Positions 24,717 through 38,925 are shown, numbered from the stretch's first letter. The stretch: DNA of 64,000 bases from Tubulanus polymorphus (GCF_964204645.1 NC_134033.1:9742655-9806654), one strand, 5' to 3'. Numbers and translations are program-made. The notes: generated from the sequence alone by a model not told the origin.

Positions 24717-27700
24717 CTACTTGACTGGCGACCGATTCATTTTCAGGGCCCTCGAGATCTCTCTACCCTTTTTCAGCCAGAATGGATTTTGTTTCCGGAT
24801 CCGGTCCCAAGTTTCCATCCAGACATCATGGTTACTGGGAGCCACTGAGCACACAAAGTCCCTCTGCCATGTAGGAGCCTTTAGTGCAGCTCGCGGTCGG
24901 ATTCGTCCCCTGGCCGGTTGTCCCTCATCTACCGATTCTCCGTTCTGAGCTGGTTTCCTCAGCGAGAGTCGGTGGGTCAGCTCGAGCAGGTGTTTCGGCT
25001 CGAATCCTTACATTCTGAGGGTGCGGTTCCACCGGAATCAGCTGATCCTCTTCCTCCGCCTCCTCCGAGCTGGAAGGACTATGTCCTTGTGCGACCGGGT
25101 CGTGCTTCATGGTGCCGTGCCTAGTGGAGGGAGGTTTGTTCTGGGGAACCTGGGGCCGGTTGCATAGTCATGGCTTAGACTTAAGACAAGTCTAAGACCA
25201 ACTGAGTTCTATAGCCAATCTAACAACTTAAGACTGGTCTTAAGATTTAAGACCACTTTTTGACTTAAGTCACGACTGTGCAACTGGCCCCTGGAGGTTT
25301 TCACCACCATCAAACCTAACTATGGCCAGTTTCATGTCGTTGAAGTGGACAACTTTTGTCTTGGTCTTTCCTGACAGAGTCTCCACCCGATAATTTACCT
25401 CAGTCAGGCGCTGTGTGGCCACAAACGGGCCATACCACTTCTTATGGAATTTCGGGGCCTCCCCAGGCTTGACATAGTGACTGTATAGCCAGACTCTGTC
25501 ACCCACTTGATAGCCACCACGTGATGTGAATCTGTCATAATACTGTCGCTGGCGCCGTTGGGCAACAGTCAATTTCTCCCTGACTGCATCATAGGCAGAT
25601 TCAAGTCGGCCCCCGACACACCGGGCGTATTCTGTTGTGGACTGATCCGGCTCCGGGCTACCCACCAGATCAATCGGGTCATTTCACGTCCAAGTGTCAA
25701 AAAGGATGGAGTCTCCTGTGTTGATGACTGAACACTCGATCGGAATGACATTAAGCATCCCGGAAGGTGGTCATCCCAGGCTTTCTCATTCTCGTCAACC
25801 GTCACCGTCAGCATCGATTTGATCGATTTGTTGAAATTTGTCCGTTCCCTTGAGGGTGGAAAGCAGTGGTTAAAGTTCGATGGATGCCGAATAGCTGATT
25901 CATATCCTTGAATACCCTCAACGTGAAATTGGAGCCCTTATCTGAATGGAAGCTCTCTGGGCAACCATATCTGCAGATCCACTCATTGATGAGTAACCGT
26001 GCCACTGTTTTCACGTTCTGGTTCCGCATCGGCCCATTTTCACCCGTCAAGGGATTCGAACCCATTACGCTAAAGCTGTTCCCCGAACCCCTTGACCTCA
26101 CGAGTCGTTGGAGTCGTTACTAGCCGACCAGAATCCGGTCGTACCAATCACAGCGCTTGTAACAAACCGTCAGTAGACTTCTGTTGGTTTTCCCGTTAAA
26201 TTGACCAATCAGCGAACGTTTTATCGAACAAGGAAGTATTTCGCAAATCGATATATGACGTCACACGCAACAGCGCCAGTAATGAAATCACGCTTTGCGA
26301 GGCCAAGGGGCTGGTGGAAGCGAGTTCGGGAGTGATACCGGACCCCTGGCAAGCGAGGATGCATCGACCGGGCTTCCGGCCACTTGGTGAAAGCGTCCTG
26401 CACAACTAGTATATACTGGTTGCCTCTTCGTGTCCTAGGGTTTATCGGCCCTATCACGTCGATAAGCAGACGCTGGTTTGCACGGCCAATAGGTGTCGAG
26501 ATGAGTGGGGCCCTGGCCTTTCTAGGAGGGTTTTGCTGGTTTGGCAGGCCTTACAGCTCTGGACATATCTCCGCACCATACCTTTCAGGCCGGGGCACCA
26601 AAAACGTTCTTTGACTTTCTGGTCAGTTTTCTTTTCACCTAGGTGTTTCCCTGCAAAACCATCGTGTAACTCCCTCAGGGCGGTCTCATTAAACTTACTC
26701 GGAAGTACAATCCGGTTCCTGGTGTACCGAGTCCCTGTTATGGGTGTTACACACAGCACATTGTCCACAACTAACAACCGCTCATAAATAGCTAACAGAC
26801 TCCTACTTATACGACCGAACTGTCGCATCTCATTTGTGTTAGGTTTTGGCTGATTACCCAGCACCATTATACGGACGAGGTCTGTTTGTGGGTCTGCTGT
26901 CTGTGCACTCTCAATTTCTCGCATGTTCAAAACAGGCTTAACAGTTCCAGTCAGTTCCTGTATTCGTCGTATCGGTTTCGGTTCACAACTGGGGCAATCG
27001 CCATGACGTCTGACCTTTTTTGGGAAACGAGACATGGCATCTGCATTCCCATGCCTTCCGGGCCGATGCTGAATATCGAACTGGTACTCTTCAAGGCGCT
27101 CGTTCCAGCGCGCAATCTGACCCTCCTGCTCCTTAAAATTTCTTAACCACTTGAGGGCCGCGTGGTCAGTCCTTACCAGGAATCTTTGGCCGAGCAGATA
27201 ATGTCTGAAATGATGGATCATGTCTAATAAAGCAAGCATCTCTCGACGTGTCGTACAGTAATTTTCTTCACCTCCTTTCAGTGTACGTCCACTATAGGCA
27301 ATAACTCTCTCAACCCCCTGGTTATCTTCTTGTGAAAGGACACCGCTGATAGCCCAGTTGCTGGCATCAGTGTCGAGAATGAAGGTGTTTGCCGACGTAG
27401 TGAAATCAGGGAATCCGAGAATTGGTGGTTTAGCAAGGGCCATTTTCAATCGCTGAAATGCAGACTCCTGTGCCTCTCCCCAATGAAACGGTGTTCCTTT
27501 CTTGGTAAGAATGTAGAGCGGGTGAGCAATCGATGCAAAACCTTCAATGAAGCGAGAGTAATATGCAACGAGGCCAATGAAACTCCTAAGTTCAGTTAAG
27601 TTGGAGGGGGCCGGCCAATCAACCACTCGCTGTACTTTCTCCGGATCAGCCTGGATTCCAGCCCCGCTAACTATATGACCTAGGAATTTCAGCATCCTCC

Positions 27701-29460
27701 GAAACAAGTGGCACTTCTTGGGTTTCAGCTTCAAGTTAGCTGCTCGGAAACAGGCAAAAACTTCGACAAGTCGATTAAGATGACTTCCCAAGTCAGGGCT
27801 GAAAACAATAACATCATCCAGATACACTTAACAAGTTTTCCATGCTACGGGGTCCAAAACCAGAGCCATCAGCCGTGAAAACGACGTAGGTGCATTGGTT
27901 AGCCCGAATGGCATGACGTTCCATTCGAATAAACCCCTTTCTGTAGCGAAGGCTGTTTTCGCTTTATCTGCCTCACTCACGGGCATCTGCCAGTATCCAC
28001 TTGCAAGATCGAGTGACGAAAACCACGTTGATCCCGCAAGAGTCTCAAAGCGTTGAGTCAACCCTCGGTAATGGATGGGCGTCTTTGACCGTGGCCTCAT
28101 TAAGTTTACGGTAGTCCACACATAATCGAAGTGAGCCATCAGCTTTCTTTGCGAGAACTATCGGGCTTGACCAAGCTCAATGTGAATCACGTATGAAACC
28201 CTGTTCTAGAAGTTGATCAGTCGTGTCCGACACAAATTTCTGTCGATGAGGTGGTATTCGACGAGGGTTTTGCTTAATCGGACGAGTATCCTGGGTGTCA
28301 ATTTCGTGTTCTAATAGGCTGGTGGGCCCCAGATCGAAATCACCTGTCGAGAACACATCAATGTTGCTCCGGATTTCTCTGGTCAATTCCTTTTTGGTCT
28401 CCTCCGGAATCCCCATATCCGCAATCTGCAAGTCATCTAGCACGGACTGGACCTTTTCATCAGGGATCGGTCCCTGTGAGACTAAACGGTCTTGGTCACT
28501 CTTTTCGCCCTCATTAATCCGGGACAAAGTCAGGGATTCAATTGGACTAAACCAGGCGATGGGTTGGCCCCTTTTTATCCACTGTGGTGAATCGGTGAAA
28601 TTTGCTAGTCGCACCGGTGTGCGACTCTTCGATGGGGTTGCTACTACTTTGGCAGCCATCAGACCTGATGACTTTAAGTTCTCAATGGTACCTGAAGTCG
28701 AGTTATTACCCACGAATTTACGTCGCATTTTACCACTAGTGACTATCTTTGTTCCTGCCGGGATACACAAGGTCTTACTGGCGAATATCCAGCAGCATCT
28801 GGCCTTACTCTCTTGATTTCGAAGTGGAACGCTAGCCGTGCCAAAAGTAAGCTCATTTAATTCAAAATCAATCTTGCAGTGGAAGGACTCAAAGAAATCA
28901 GTACCAAGTAGACAATCTTGGGTAATATCATCTACAATAACCATGGAGATATCAAATTCACGACCCCCTAATGTAAGCCGCACTATCTCTATCACTCTTA
29001 GGTGAAGATCCTGTCCATTAGCTGTACTTAGGCATCCCTCGGCTTTTTGCAGCTGTTGGGTTACACGCTGCCCAGACTGAGGTCTTAAGGGCAGTGACTG
29101 CAGCACCCGTATCGAGAAAGGATACAGACCTCATCTTGGCTATTTATTTGGCCCGTACAATAAAGTCCTGAGTCGTGAATGATTACATCGCCCACGGTGT
29201 AAACACCTGAGCGCCCTCCGCTGGTTGTAGAGAGAGGTGAACCCTCCCCGGCCATTGTTGGTGGTGTGGCGTCCCTTGTCTTTGTTTCAATTTTCGATTG
29301 ATAGGTATGGGGGAGTGGTTCCAGTTCAGGTGATACCATTATACCAGCCATCTCGGTTAGGTTCGAGTCACCTGCAGGCACATCACCCAAAATCTGTTGC
29401 CTCATACGTCTTTGCGGTATTTGATATTTTCTTGACGCATCATGGGGCTGCCCAGGGTAT
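24717..29460 (-). pseudogene. pol: Gypsy pol (PR-RT-RH-IN), disrupted
   Basis: ORF pieces 28177-29106, 27828-28139 (LDLASGYWQ, MPFGL), 26454-27827 (YLDD, DTDAS, RTDH, H..H..C..C), 25808-26457 (QDAFTKWPEA, HSDKG), 25270-25665 (WYGPF). Confidence 0.92.
25153..25290. mobile_element. PIF/Harbinger-type MITE inserted in pol tail
   Basis: TIR GGGCCGGTTGCATAGTCATG / CACGACTGTGCAACTGGCCC; 3-bp TSD CTG. Confidence 0.8.
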
Positions 29461-29466
29461 GGTAGT

Positions 29467-30465
29467 CTAACTGGGTCGGGGTTCTCCTGCCCCTCTGAGA
29501 GCCCCTCCTGTCGTTTGACGGGAATAATGTCCTAGTTGACCGCAGTTGTAACACTGGACCTGGGGGCACTGACTTCCAGGATGATCAGGCTCGCGACAGC
29601 GCCAGCATATGTCGTCGTTCCGTTGTGACGATTGGTTCATCTTATCCATTCGTGCGGCTAAGGACCATTTGAAGGAGTTTAGTCATGTCATTATGAGACA
29701 CTGATTGCTGCAATCTGGCCCTCGATAGCCCCCTGCTGTACCACAGAAACTTTCTTTTTGCGGCTTTATGCCGAACTGGAGAGGGTTTCCGTGAGTTTTT
29801 TTCGCAGTGAGCCTACTCCTGGTATGTCGTACAGCGTCCGAAATTGAGGGCGGGTCCTCTATCATCAGCGACTCCCTGGCGGTATCCGGTAGGTTTACCC
29901 CCGCCAGGAACTGGTCCCTAGCCAGTTCATCCTGCACTTCCCTTGAAGTGGTAGGATATGCGCTCCGGGCCAGTTCTTGTAATTCATCTGCGTAATGTTC
30001 AAGGGACTCCCCTCCACGCTGAACCCGTGCTTTCAGCAACATTTAATAGTCTCTCACAGTACGAGACTGTTTAAAACGGTCATGCAGCCGGTCGCAGAAA
30101 TCCATATGTGACATATCAACTTGGAGCTGTAGATTCGACACTGCTTGATAAGCCTCATGATCGAGCCGCATTTTAAGGTTTTTCTTCCGAGTCGAACCCC
30201 CATCCCTGATGGCGCTTATTCCGACCTCATCTGCATAGTCATTAAACCGCTCCAACCAAATTCTAAAATTTTGCCCAATATTATAGGGTTTTGGTGGTGG
30301 AATGCTTGACCGGCTATCACTCAATCGACGACTCTCCTGGTCTTTTAACGACTTTTGGATCAGTTTATTAAGGTTGTCTAAAAACAACCCCTCGCCCGAT
30401 GTGCTTGGTTCATCGTCACTGAGGTAAGCCTCAGCTCCTTGGTCTACGTTATGCGGTACCGACAT
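29467..30465 (-). pseudogene. gag: Gypsy gag, disrupted
   Basis: PKPYNIGQNFRIWLERF..MRLDHEAYQAVSNL..QDELARDQFL..CWRC..H....C..QCYNCGQLGH; homologous to 38926-40044. Confidence 0.9.
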
Positions 30466-30749
30466 TATTGGATACGCGAAGTGATAAATAAAAATACAAT
30501 ATTTCAAATTTAGGCCTACACTGATAATTGCTGGCTGTATGGTGGGTTAGGGTCAGCAATCTGAGGTAAAAACACTGGAGGTTAACTCTACAGACAGTGG
30601 CAAACTAATAACCGACACCAGATTAATCTCAGTGGCCGTAAATAAACCGATAACTTTCCATCTCTCCGTGAGAGAATTTACACAGACTATACGTTCGCTT
30701 CGATTCAACTCAATATTTCCACAGTTTTAACGTTCTAAAAATCTCAGTA

Positions 30750-30760
30750 CGCTGCCACCA
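30750..30760 (-). promoter_or_regulatory. Primer binding site, tRNA-Leu
   Basis: TGGTGGCAGCG 2 nt inside the LTR end. Confidence 0.8.
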
Positions 30761-31529
30761 TTTGTGAAATCTCCTCTGTCGTTGGCTCAATCAAGAAAGG
30801 GGAAATAATCTTTTCCACAGAACCTCTACATTAATCAAAGACCACGCCGAGATTTACCTAAGGTCTTCTTTCTTTTATTACCACACCAAAAGAGAACAAA
30901 GGAATCCCCACACAATACGGGGTCACTAAAATACAGATTTGGACTCGGTAAAAGCCGGATACCGGACTTTACCGGTCCATCAAAATATCCTGGTTAGTTT
31001 TGCGGTGTATACACATTTCAAGACCTTTTCCACAGCCTAGAACAATGGCCTTTAGTCGTATTTCCCTTTTCAGGTTTAATTCAGGATGTGGATTTGTTTG
31101 ACAATATCATAGAAGTAAGTGTCATGCACTCAGTGGGAGTTAATCGATTCATGGGGGATATCCTGATATAATAAAGCTGCGCAGTTCATCGGGTTTATAA
31201 CAGAACCTGTCACTGAAAGCAAATCCGGAGGAAGTAGCCGGCATCTTATGGTAAAGAAGGATGAATACGAACGTTTATCGGCAAAGATTTAGGTTACATG
31301 TCCAATTAGATTAACTATAGTTTGTTTTGTCGTATTGGATTAAATCTAGTTCATTCAATTAAAGTAGAAAATATTCTATTAAATCGATTAAGACCCGTCA
31401 ACACGATTTAGTTAACTCGATTTATAAAACGAGTTTCACTAGAGGCTTAATCCAAAAAATTAACAAAATCGATTTAAGAGTGTCTTAAAACGATTTTTCG
31501 ACGACACAGCGCACTATTGTTCAAAATCA

Positions 31530-31920
31530 ATGGAATCTTAAGCCGTCGAGAAGAAAAGCTCACACAAGAAGAACTTTTCATCAAGTGAGTCATTGATGAT
31601 TACGCAGTTAGTTCGCGAAAACGAACATTTTTTGTTCGTGAAATTTAGCCCAACAGTAACGAATGCAAGAAAACAACGCGTCTGGGAAGAGATCGCAGAA
31701 AAAGTCAGCTCTTTGGGCGTAGATACGAGATCTGGTACGGAGATTAGGAGGAAGTTTAAAAACGATCGGGCATCAGAGCAGAAGAGCCTCGTCAAGACTG
31801 GAGGTGGACCGCCTGCCCAGAAAATGACGGAGCAAACCAGGCTCCTATTGGAAATGAATGAAACCAACTCTAGCTTTCATGGGATTCGCGAAACCGAAAC
31901 AGCGTCGTTTACCGTTGGTG
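31530..31920 (+). pseudogene. Myb/SANT-like DNA-binding exon of Harbinger accessory-protein type
   Basis: KKNFSSSE..LF.KFS..VTNARKQRVWEEIAEKV..RSGTEIRRKFKN..KTGGGPP; early in-frame TAA; GTAAGT donor at 31921. Confidence 0.75.
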
Positions 31921-32071
31921 GTAAGTTATATAGATACAAGTTTAAGCTCTATATGGTAGCGCACTAGACAACACTTTTACCACGTATGGAGAGCAGGTAT
32001 TGAATTTATCATATTATTCTGAATTATTATGAAGTTCAGTGATATTGGCATGATTGAATATAGGTTTAGGG

Positions 32072-32286
32072 TGTTGATATATTGTCCGTTGATCCATTCG
32101 TCTCCATGATCTGGGGGAACAATCCAGAGCGAAAACTAACACGTTGTTTCTACTTGAGATGCTAACTAACAACTAACCTTTATTTGAACTTATTGTAGCA
32201 ATTACAGTAGTACATAGATTAACAACAAGGTGGCGTAACATGTATAATTACATTAGGATAAGATCATACTCCAACACCCCCACTTG
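32072..32286 (-). mobile_element. 3' LTR (32072-32276) plus PPT of a Copia-like element remnant
   Basis: TGTTG...CAACA ends, AATAAA on - strand, TCAAGTGGGGG directly upstream on - strand. Confidence 0.55.
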
Positions 32287-32439
32287 ATCTTTACTTCACA
32301 GTCTGAACAAAATTAGCCTATCACGATGTTCATGCGACAATATTACTAACAATTTGGTATTGAGTTTTTAGAGTTATGTAAAAATACCCAAACGGTAATA
32401 CTAAACGGCATAGCTTTTAATGATAAGAATATAGGTCAA

Positions 32440-33990
32440 TACACGTGTTTCCAATCAGGAGGTAAAAGTTGTTTTTGTTGATTACTGCATCGTTAATTTC
32501 GATGCCCTTCGTACACTGAAAAGTTTCGATATCTCCGATTGCAAATATTTTTCAGACCACTCTATTCTATCAATTGCGATCGATAAACCTATAAACCCAT
32601 GCAACACTGTTCGAGGCAATTCCATTAACCAGTCATACCATGCATAACCAGCGCGTCACGTATGTAACAAACAAAAAGAAACAATATTCATTGAAAAGAC
32701 CCGTGGCCCAACCTGTGGCTTACATCTGCCTCCGTGTAATATGAGGCTCCTACTTTTAAACAATATCCCAATATTGAACATATAAACAGCGATACGGATG
32801 AAATATCGACTCTTTTACTTTCTCATTCGAACAATGAGATATCAAACAATGAGTCCAAGAAACCATTCATGCGTCGAGTGAGACGAAAATGGTTTAATAG
32901 AAATTGCTCAGTTTCCAGGAATAAATTTAGCAAAGCTAACCGTCTCTTTCACGCAGTTCCCAGCCCCGATTATCTGCGTAATCTGCAGACTAAAAGAAAA
33001 GAGTACAGGAAAACCATCTCTAAAGCCAAACTAAGCTATGAGAAATAAAATGCAAAGAAAATTTCAAATGCCCTTGCTCGGAATGTCTCAAAAACTTTCT
33101 GGAAACACCTCAAATCATTAGACTCTAAGAATACCCAAGAGGATTCTCCAAACCTAAATGAATTCGAAAATTATTTGGACATTTAAGTCAGGAAACACAA
33201 AATACTGAACAAGCTCTTTGATTCGAGGATAGTTATGTTCCTGGTATGCCCCACGATTTAGACTACCTGTAACCACCAATGAAATTAGGACAGCAATTAA
33301 AAAGCTAAAAAGAGGAAAATCACCCGGTCGCGACCATTATTACCAGAGATGTTAATATCTGCATCCGAAGTTCTTTCTCTTACACTTTCTATATTCTTCA
33401 ATACTATACTTCGAACTGGAAACTACCCTCAGAACTTGTGCATGGGATGTATTACTCCAATCCATAAAAAAGGAAAAGAACCTCAGAGATATTTCGGAAA
33501 ACTGTAACCAAATACACATCAGTGGTTAGGGCAGCATCAAATAGTTAACAGATCGCAAGCAGGTTTTAGGTCAAATAATGAGACAATTGATGAATCTTTT
33601 GTTTTATCATCTGTTACCAGTATAGACAATTGTATGAAGGAGAAAATAAAAAATGCATGTATGCCCTTTGTAGATTTCTCAGAAGCATTCGATTGCCTTA
33701 GTCATGACATCCTACTGAAAAAAAAACTTTTCGATGCAGGAATAAACGGAATGACATATAACATAATCAAGTCAATGTATAAAAGTAATATGTCTTGTGT
33801 TAAGAAGAATGGCTTTATTTCAAACTTTTTCAACTGTAACATCGGAATAAGACAAGGTGAATGTATTTCCCCTACACTTTTTAACCTGTATACTAATGAC
33901 TAAGAGCAATATTCTATTGAAAATGGCCATCCCGGTATCGATTTTGGACTACTTAAACTATATGTTCTTCTTCATGCAGATGACACGATA
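32440..33990 (+). pseudogene. Decayed LINE ORF2 (EN end + RT; RTE-X-like)
   Basis: FSDHS, KLKRGKSPG, ITPIHKKG, FVDFSEAFD..GIRQGECISPTLFNLYTND..LKLYVLLHADD. Confidence 0.8.
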
Positions 33991-36900
33991 TCTTATATCG
34001 TAAGGTAATTAGGCGCAGGGGCTATTGAAACTTTCGTCGCTTCGCTGTATCAGTAGTTTGTGGTCTCAGAAGTTACTCGCACAGATGACATATCAGCGTA
34101 CGTACAACATACAACATGACACCCCCTCCCCGTACACACTTGTACGCATCAGACATAATATCTTCCTAATAGATTCGAACCTAATAGAAACTTATTAAAG
34201 TTCACACGACCGCAGTATTTAAATACTAACATATTTTTGCTCTATCCAAAACATCGTGATGGGGGGGGGGAATTTAAAGTGTCCTGTCAAATAGAAACGA
34301 TTCTCAAAACCAGGGTATGTACGAACTCAGACGCGGTAAAGCATGGTGAAACGATACACATCCTACATATCGATGTTTTTACCCTAATCAACGTAGTGAC
34401 AAGAAATTTGAGAAAAATTCCTGGCTGTGAATTTTCTTTACGAATCATTATCCCTGGCAAAATCTAGAATTAGACTTAATCTCAATTAAGAAGGGTCATT
34501 AGGTCGTAGCTTATATCATTTTGATGAAATTAGGCCTAAATGATGAAGCGCGATACTGCCGACCACTTCGATTATTAACATAGACGACAAGGAAACATCG
34601 TTGGCAGTATTACGAAAGTTTTTTTCCCAGAGTTTGAAAAGGATTCTGATGATTTCATTGGCGTTCTGGCGGAGGGTGAGGACTGTACCAAATGAACTGT
34701 GCACACGGATCAAACGGATCTTGGCCATTAGAGACGCGGTCCCGCGCGAGGTGGATAGATACAGCTCCAGGAACCTGAAGGTGACGTGAACAGCATAAAT
34801 GTTGGCTTAGCAGGCGACCGTAAAAGAATGACTATATCCTTGGGCCATGCATCAACGACGTAACACGTTCCGTTACAATATGAGCTTAAAAACTGTTTTA
34901 TTGCGGGAAAACTACAAGCGCATATAGACAAAATGACGTCACAAAATAGATCCCAAAGAGAGGTTTAACTATTGTAGAGCAATGCTATTGGTTAGAACCA
35001 GTAAACAAACCAGAGAAAATTGACTATAGTTAACGCTAGTGCGACTTACGGTCGTGAAGCGTAATAATAAAGCTTGAATATGACTGTCAAAATATCGTGT
35101 ATAGAAATAACGTCACGCGGGACGTGACAATAAACTCAAAATGACTGAGGGCGTCTCCACGAAACAAAAAAGAAGCCCAAACACTGCATGAGCAGGATCT
35201 GTTTTTAAAGGAAACTTTGTTCTCTAATAAACCGTACTGTCCTTTCAATTTATATTAGCACGCATATGATTTTCCCCGGCAGAGATTCGAGCCTGTTGGT
35301 ATTGTGAAGACTCGGCCACAGCACGGAACCTTGCGCGGGTTTGAGCCCGAGCTCCATGTGACCGCTGCTATGTATCGAATAAAATGACAAATTTTATCGT
35401 ACTTTAGCTTCACCCAGTCCTGGCAGTGTGACTCCACAGTGATATATGATCTCCGTCGCTCTAAAATCCTAATGTAACCAAATACACATCAGACACTACG
35501 GTTCTTGGTGAAACTATAGCAGACCCGCGTAAGAATTGATTTCGTTTCGTATTTCGTGAATTTCGCCGTCTCGTACTTAAGAAGGAGCCAGACTCACCCA
35601 GAACTCTTCACCAAATCGCAAGCAGATAGTCACACTAGGATCGTAGAGCGACGGATATATTGTCGGAAGAAAGCCATTACCCAGACTATGGGTGAACCCA
35701 AAGCTCCCACCACAAGCCCCCATGATCAGAACTCTACGGACGACCCTCAACGGAATGAATCGGTTGATATCGGAACTGCGTTTTAATATAAATTGAGAAA
35801 TGGGATAGCCGAAACGAAATTTGTGAAGGCGATCCTGGACCATCCGATATAATCATATGAGATTTAAATCATATGAAGGACCAGTGGTTCACCAAACCAT
35901 AGTGTGAAGTAAAAAATGTGTCATGATAAAAAGGAATCGTTGTTTTGATGCCTCGATATGCACTCTGCAGATTGATTATGAATAATAAAGTTTACTTCGA
36001 TATGAATATTTCTATTTTCATCTGTCAGTTTTGGGTAAGTGATTTCCCCAGGGAATAAACAGTCACAGAATTCAGTACTTCCATTACACATACACGACCT
36101 CTCTGCAGCTTAGATTGAACATTTTTCTTGAGAATGCCTGAAAGGAAAATCCATCCACAATTTGTAGGTTAGAAGATCTGTTCGATTCGATTCATCTTGG
36201 AAATCCCTTAGAATTGTAAAAATACAATACATGTATATACCTGATGAGCATTAATTGTCCCTGTGTATGTAGGGAGTTCTAGTTGCAGGTATTTGTCAAT
36301 GTCCTGCACATTTGATTCCGGAACAGAGTTTGTGCATCCGGTATGTCTGTATCATTCGAAACAAGCCGATCTCCATTGCTTTTGATTGCAGCGCCTAACC
36401 CATCAGCCGGACCTTTTCCATGACCTGCTTCCAAGTAGTGCCATAAGACCTGAAATATACACTTATCTGTTTACACCAGAATTTGTTCATTATTGTTGTT
36501 GTTACAAAAATACAGAAGGATAGAAATGATTTCATCACTTTACATTAAGTAACACTGACCTTCTTGAATCCCAGTTTGAATGGTATATAGCTCATCGAAA
36601 ACAGATTCTTATGAACACGATACTGCGACGATGGAGAATCGGATATACAATGGCTATGCAGGACGGACGTCTTAAGGGTTCTCTTGAATTTCATTTAGTT
36701 AGGGTATCAAATGAGCCCAGATTCCGGCAGCATCATGTCGGAGTCTGAAATAGAGCAAACTAACTCCGAACTGCCATCGAATACGATCCCCACCGTGAAG
36801 ACTGGCAGATTTACTAGAAGCTCCAAAGGGGACGCTGGTTATTTCTCGACTGTATATGCAATTCCAAATTTCCGAAAAATCCATATGCACCAAGACTTAT

Positions 36901-38493
36901 TCGTTAGTCAGGTTCTGACGCCGCTTGCATATTTTTCTGGACTGTGATCTTATGTTGAATACGATTCCTAATGGAAATCTCAAATGTTTATCAAAACATC
37001 AAGACTTGTTTCTTCATGCGATTTCACAACTGTGCTATATTCAACTTGTTCATGAGCCTTTTTTGAAAATCTTTCCTCTAACTGGTTTTTCTATACGAAC
37101 CATTGGACTTGTGCAGATCTATCAATTTTCTCCTCGTAAATTCTAACTACTTTATCCATACATTGTTTGCATTTTCCGTATGCACAATCGAAATTTCCTA
37201 TATCACGCACGAGGGAGTCAATCAGATACAGTACTCGACATTTGCATGATATTCTACTGCACCAATATTTCGTAGCTTTTCATACATGAACTCCATATTA
37301 TCATGAATCTTGCAGAGGCATACGTCGCGATCCTTGAGTGTTGGATATTTCACATAAAATGGTCGAAGCCGGCAGAAAGATTCATAGGAAATTGACACAG
37401 CGGGGGTTTTCTGATATGTATTTCGGATGAATATTTTGTACTCTGTCTTTCAGAAAATATTTCTGTTTCTTTTCTTTCCCGAATTTAACTGTTTGCTTTT
37501 TCCAGAAGTAGCATGGCTGTTATCTTCTCTGTGGAAAAGTTTGAAACAGCATCTTTAATTTCAGTTTTTAAGGGTGACTTCTCGGGTTTCTTGTATGTCT
37601 TTTGTGTAACCCTAATTCATGACGCAAGCGTGCCGAAAGTTTATAATGCTTGATGATTTTGTTAGCACAAATCCGTCTATAGTTCTGCTTGTCCCTGTTA
37701 CTTTTATTTTTCTTGTATTCCCGACGCAGACGTTCTAGCAATACGCTTTGCTATTCTCACCTTCTGTGAACATAATACTTCCTTTGATAGTTCTTTTGTC
37801 TTAGTTGTTGGAGTTGTATGCTTGCTTATCTCAGTCTTTTTCTCGCCTCGATATACCCTCTTTCTGTACTTTTCGATAAGTTTGTCTTTGTTTTCTGACT
37901 CTTCTTTCAACCGAGCATTCTCTCGATTTAGTCTGGAAATTTGCGTTTTTCTTTTTTTGAGGGCGCCTCGTTGTCTACCGTCTACACCACCCAGTTCCGC
38001 AGGCAAATACGGTGGGGTATTTGGAGGCGATTGCGCCTCAGCAAATTTCAGTGCTTCATTAGCTTGTTTCACATTTACACGATGTTTCCTTTGCTGCGTA
38101 GTCCAATACCTGATATGTTGTTTTCTTTTTCCACGTTCGGATAGCTGTATAATTAGTTTAATTTTCCCCATTACTTTGTCAACTTTTTTTCGGACTCTGT
38201 CTTTTGCCAGATACTCTGCATAACGAATTGGATCTGATTTCAAATTATTCCGCCATTTCCGTGTCCTTTCTTTAGACACGACTGAGTTTGATCCGCTTCA
38301 GCTAGAATACGTAGATACCGGTAGTGTAAATTAAGGATTTTATCTATCAAATAATGCAAGATTATTAGAGATTATACAGCAGCGGTGTAAGGAGAACTAT
38401 TCACTCCGATAAAACTGGAGGTTTTCATTGAAAAAGTATGTATGTCAATTCCGTGACAAAAGTTATTAGTGGAATTGTCACGGAATAGACTGT

Positions 38494-38685
38494 TGTGATG
38501 GAATATGTCCATCAGTCGTTTTCTATGTTGTAACTGGAGGGTGCTGCCCTCTCTCTCGAAAATACAGAACAATAGGTGATTGTGTTAATATCTTTTGTCC
38601 GCCTTTTTACTGGTTTTTGGGCTCTCAGAGTCGATATTTGGAGGAAACTTCTACTGTCGAACAGGCAGAATAGGACCTCGTTACA
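38494..38685 (+). repeat. 5' LTR
   Basis: TGTGATGGAATATG...CCTCGTTACA. Confidence 0.97.
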
Positions 38686-38687
38686 TC

Positions 38688-38706
38688 TGGTGGCAGCGGT
38701 GGGATT
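38688..38706 (+). promoter_or_regulatory. Primer binding site complementary to tRNA-Leu 3' end
   Basis: TGGTGGCAGCGGTGGGATT. Confidence 0.88.
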
Positions 38707-38925
38707 TGATTGTGAAAAAACCAGTTGAAATTGAGTTGAAGCGGTGAACACGTTTTTCTCCGTTTAGTCTGTGTAAATTACTGTTACTTTTTGTGTGTAC
38801 TTAACGTATTTTTTTACCTACTTCGTAATTCCTAGTACATATTTAGTATTTTTAAGTGCCTGTTTCCCCTACATTTATTTGCGGTCCTGTATTTTCTGTG
38901 TCATTTATATAAAAGAATAGTAATT

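Larger units (their letters stand above)
23069..30984 (-). mobile_element. Decayed Gypsy LTR retrotransposon (family A): gag-pol-ORF3(SGNH)
   Basis: 5' LTR 30763-30984, PBS 30750-30760, PPT 23098-23108, 3' LTR remnant 23069-23097; gag with CCHC knuckle, pol fragments (RT YLDD, RNaseH, integrase), ORF3 remnant. Confidence 0.92.

Noticed and set aside
31074-31113. Possible 40-nt host exon (TTTTCAG...GTAAGT)
   Set aside because: Isolated; no partner exons or recognisable homology.
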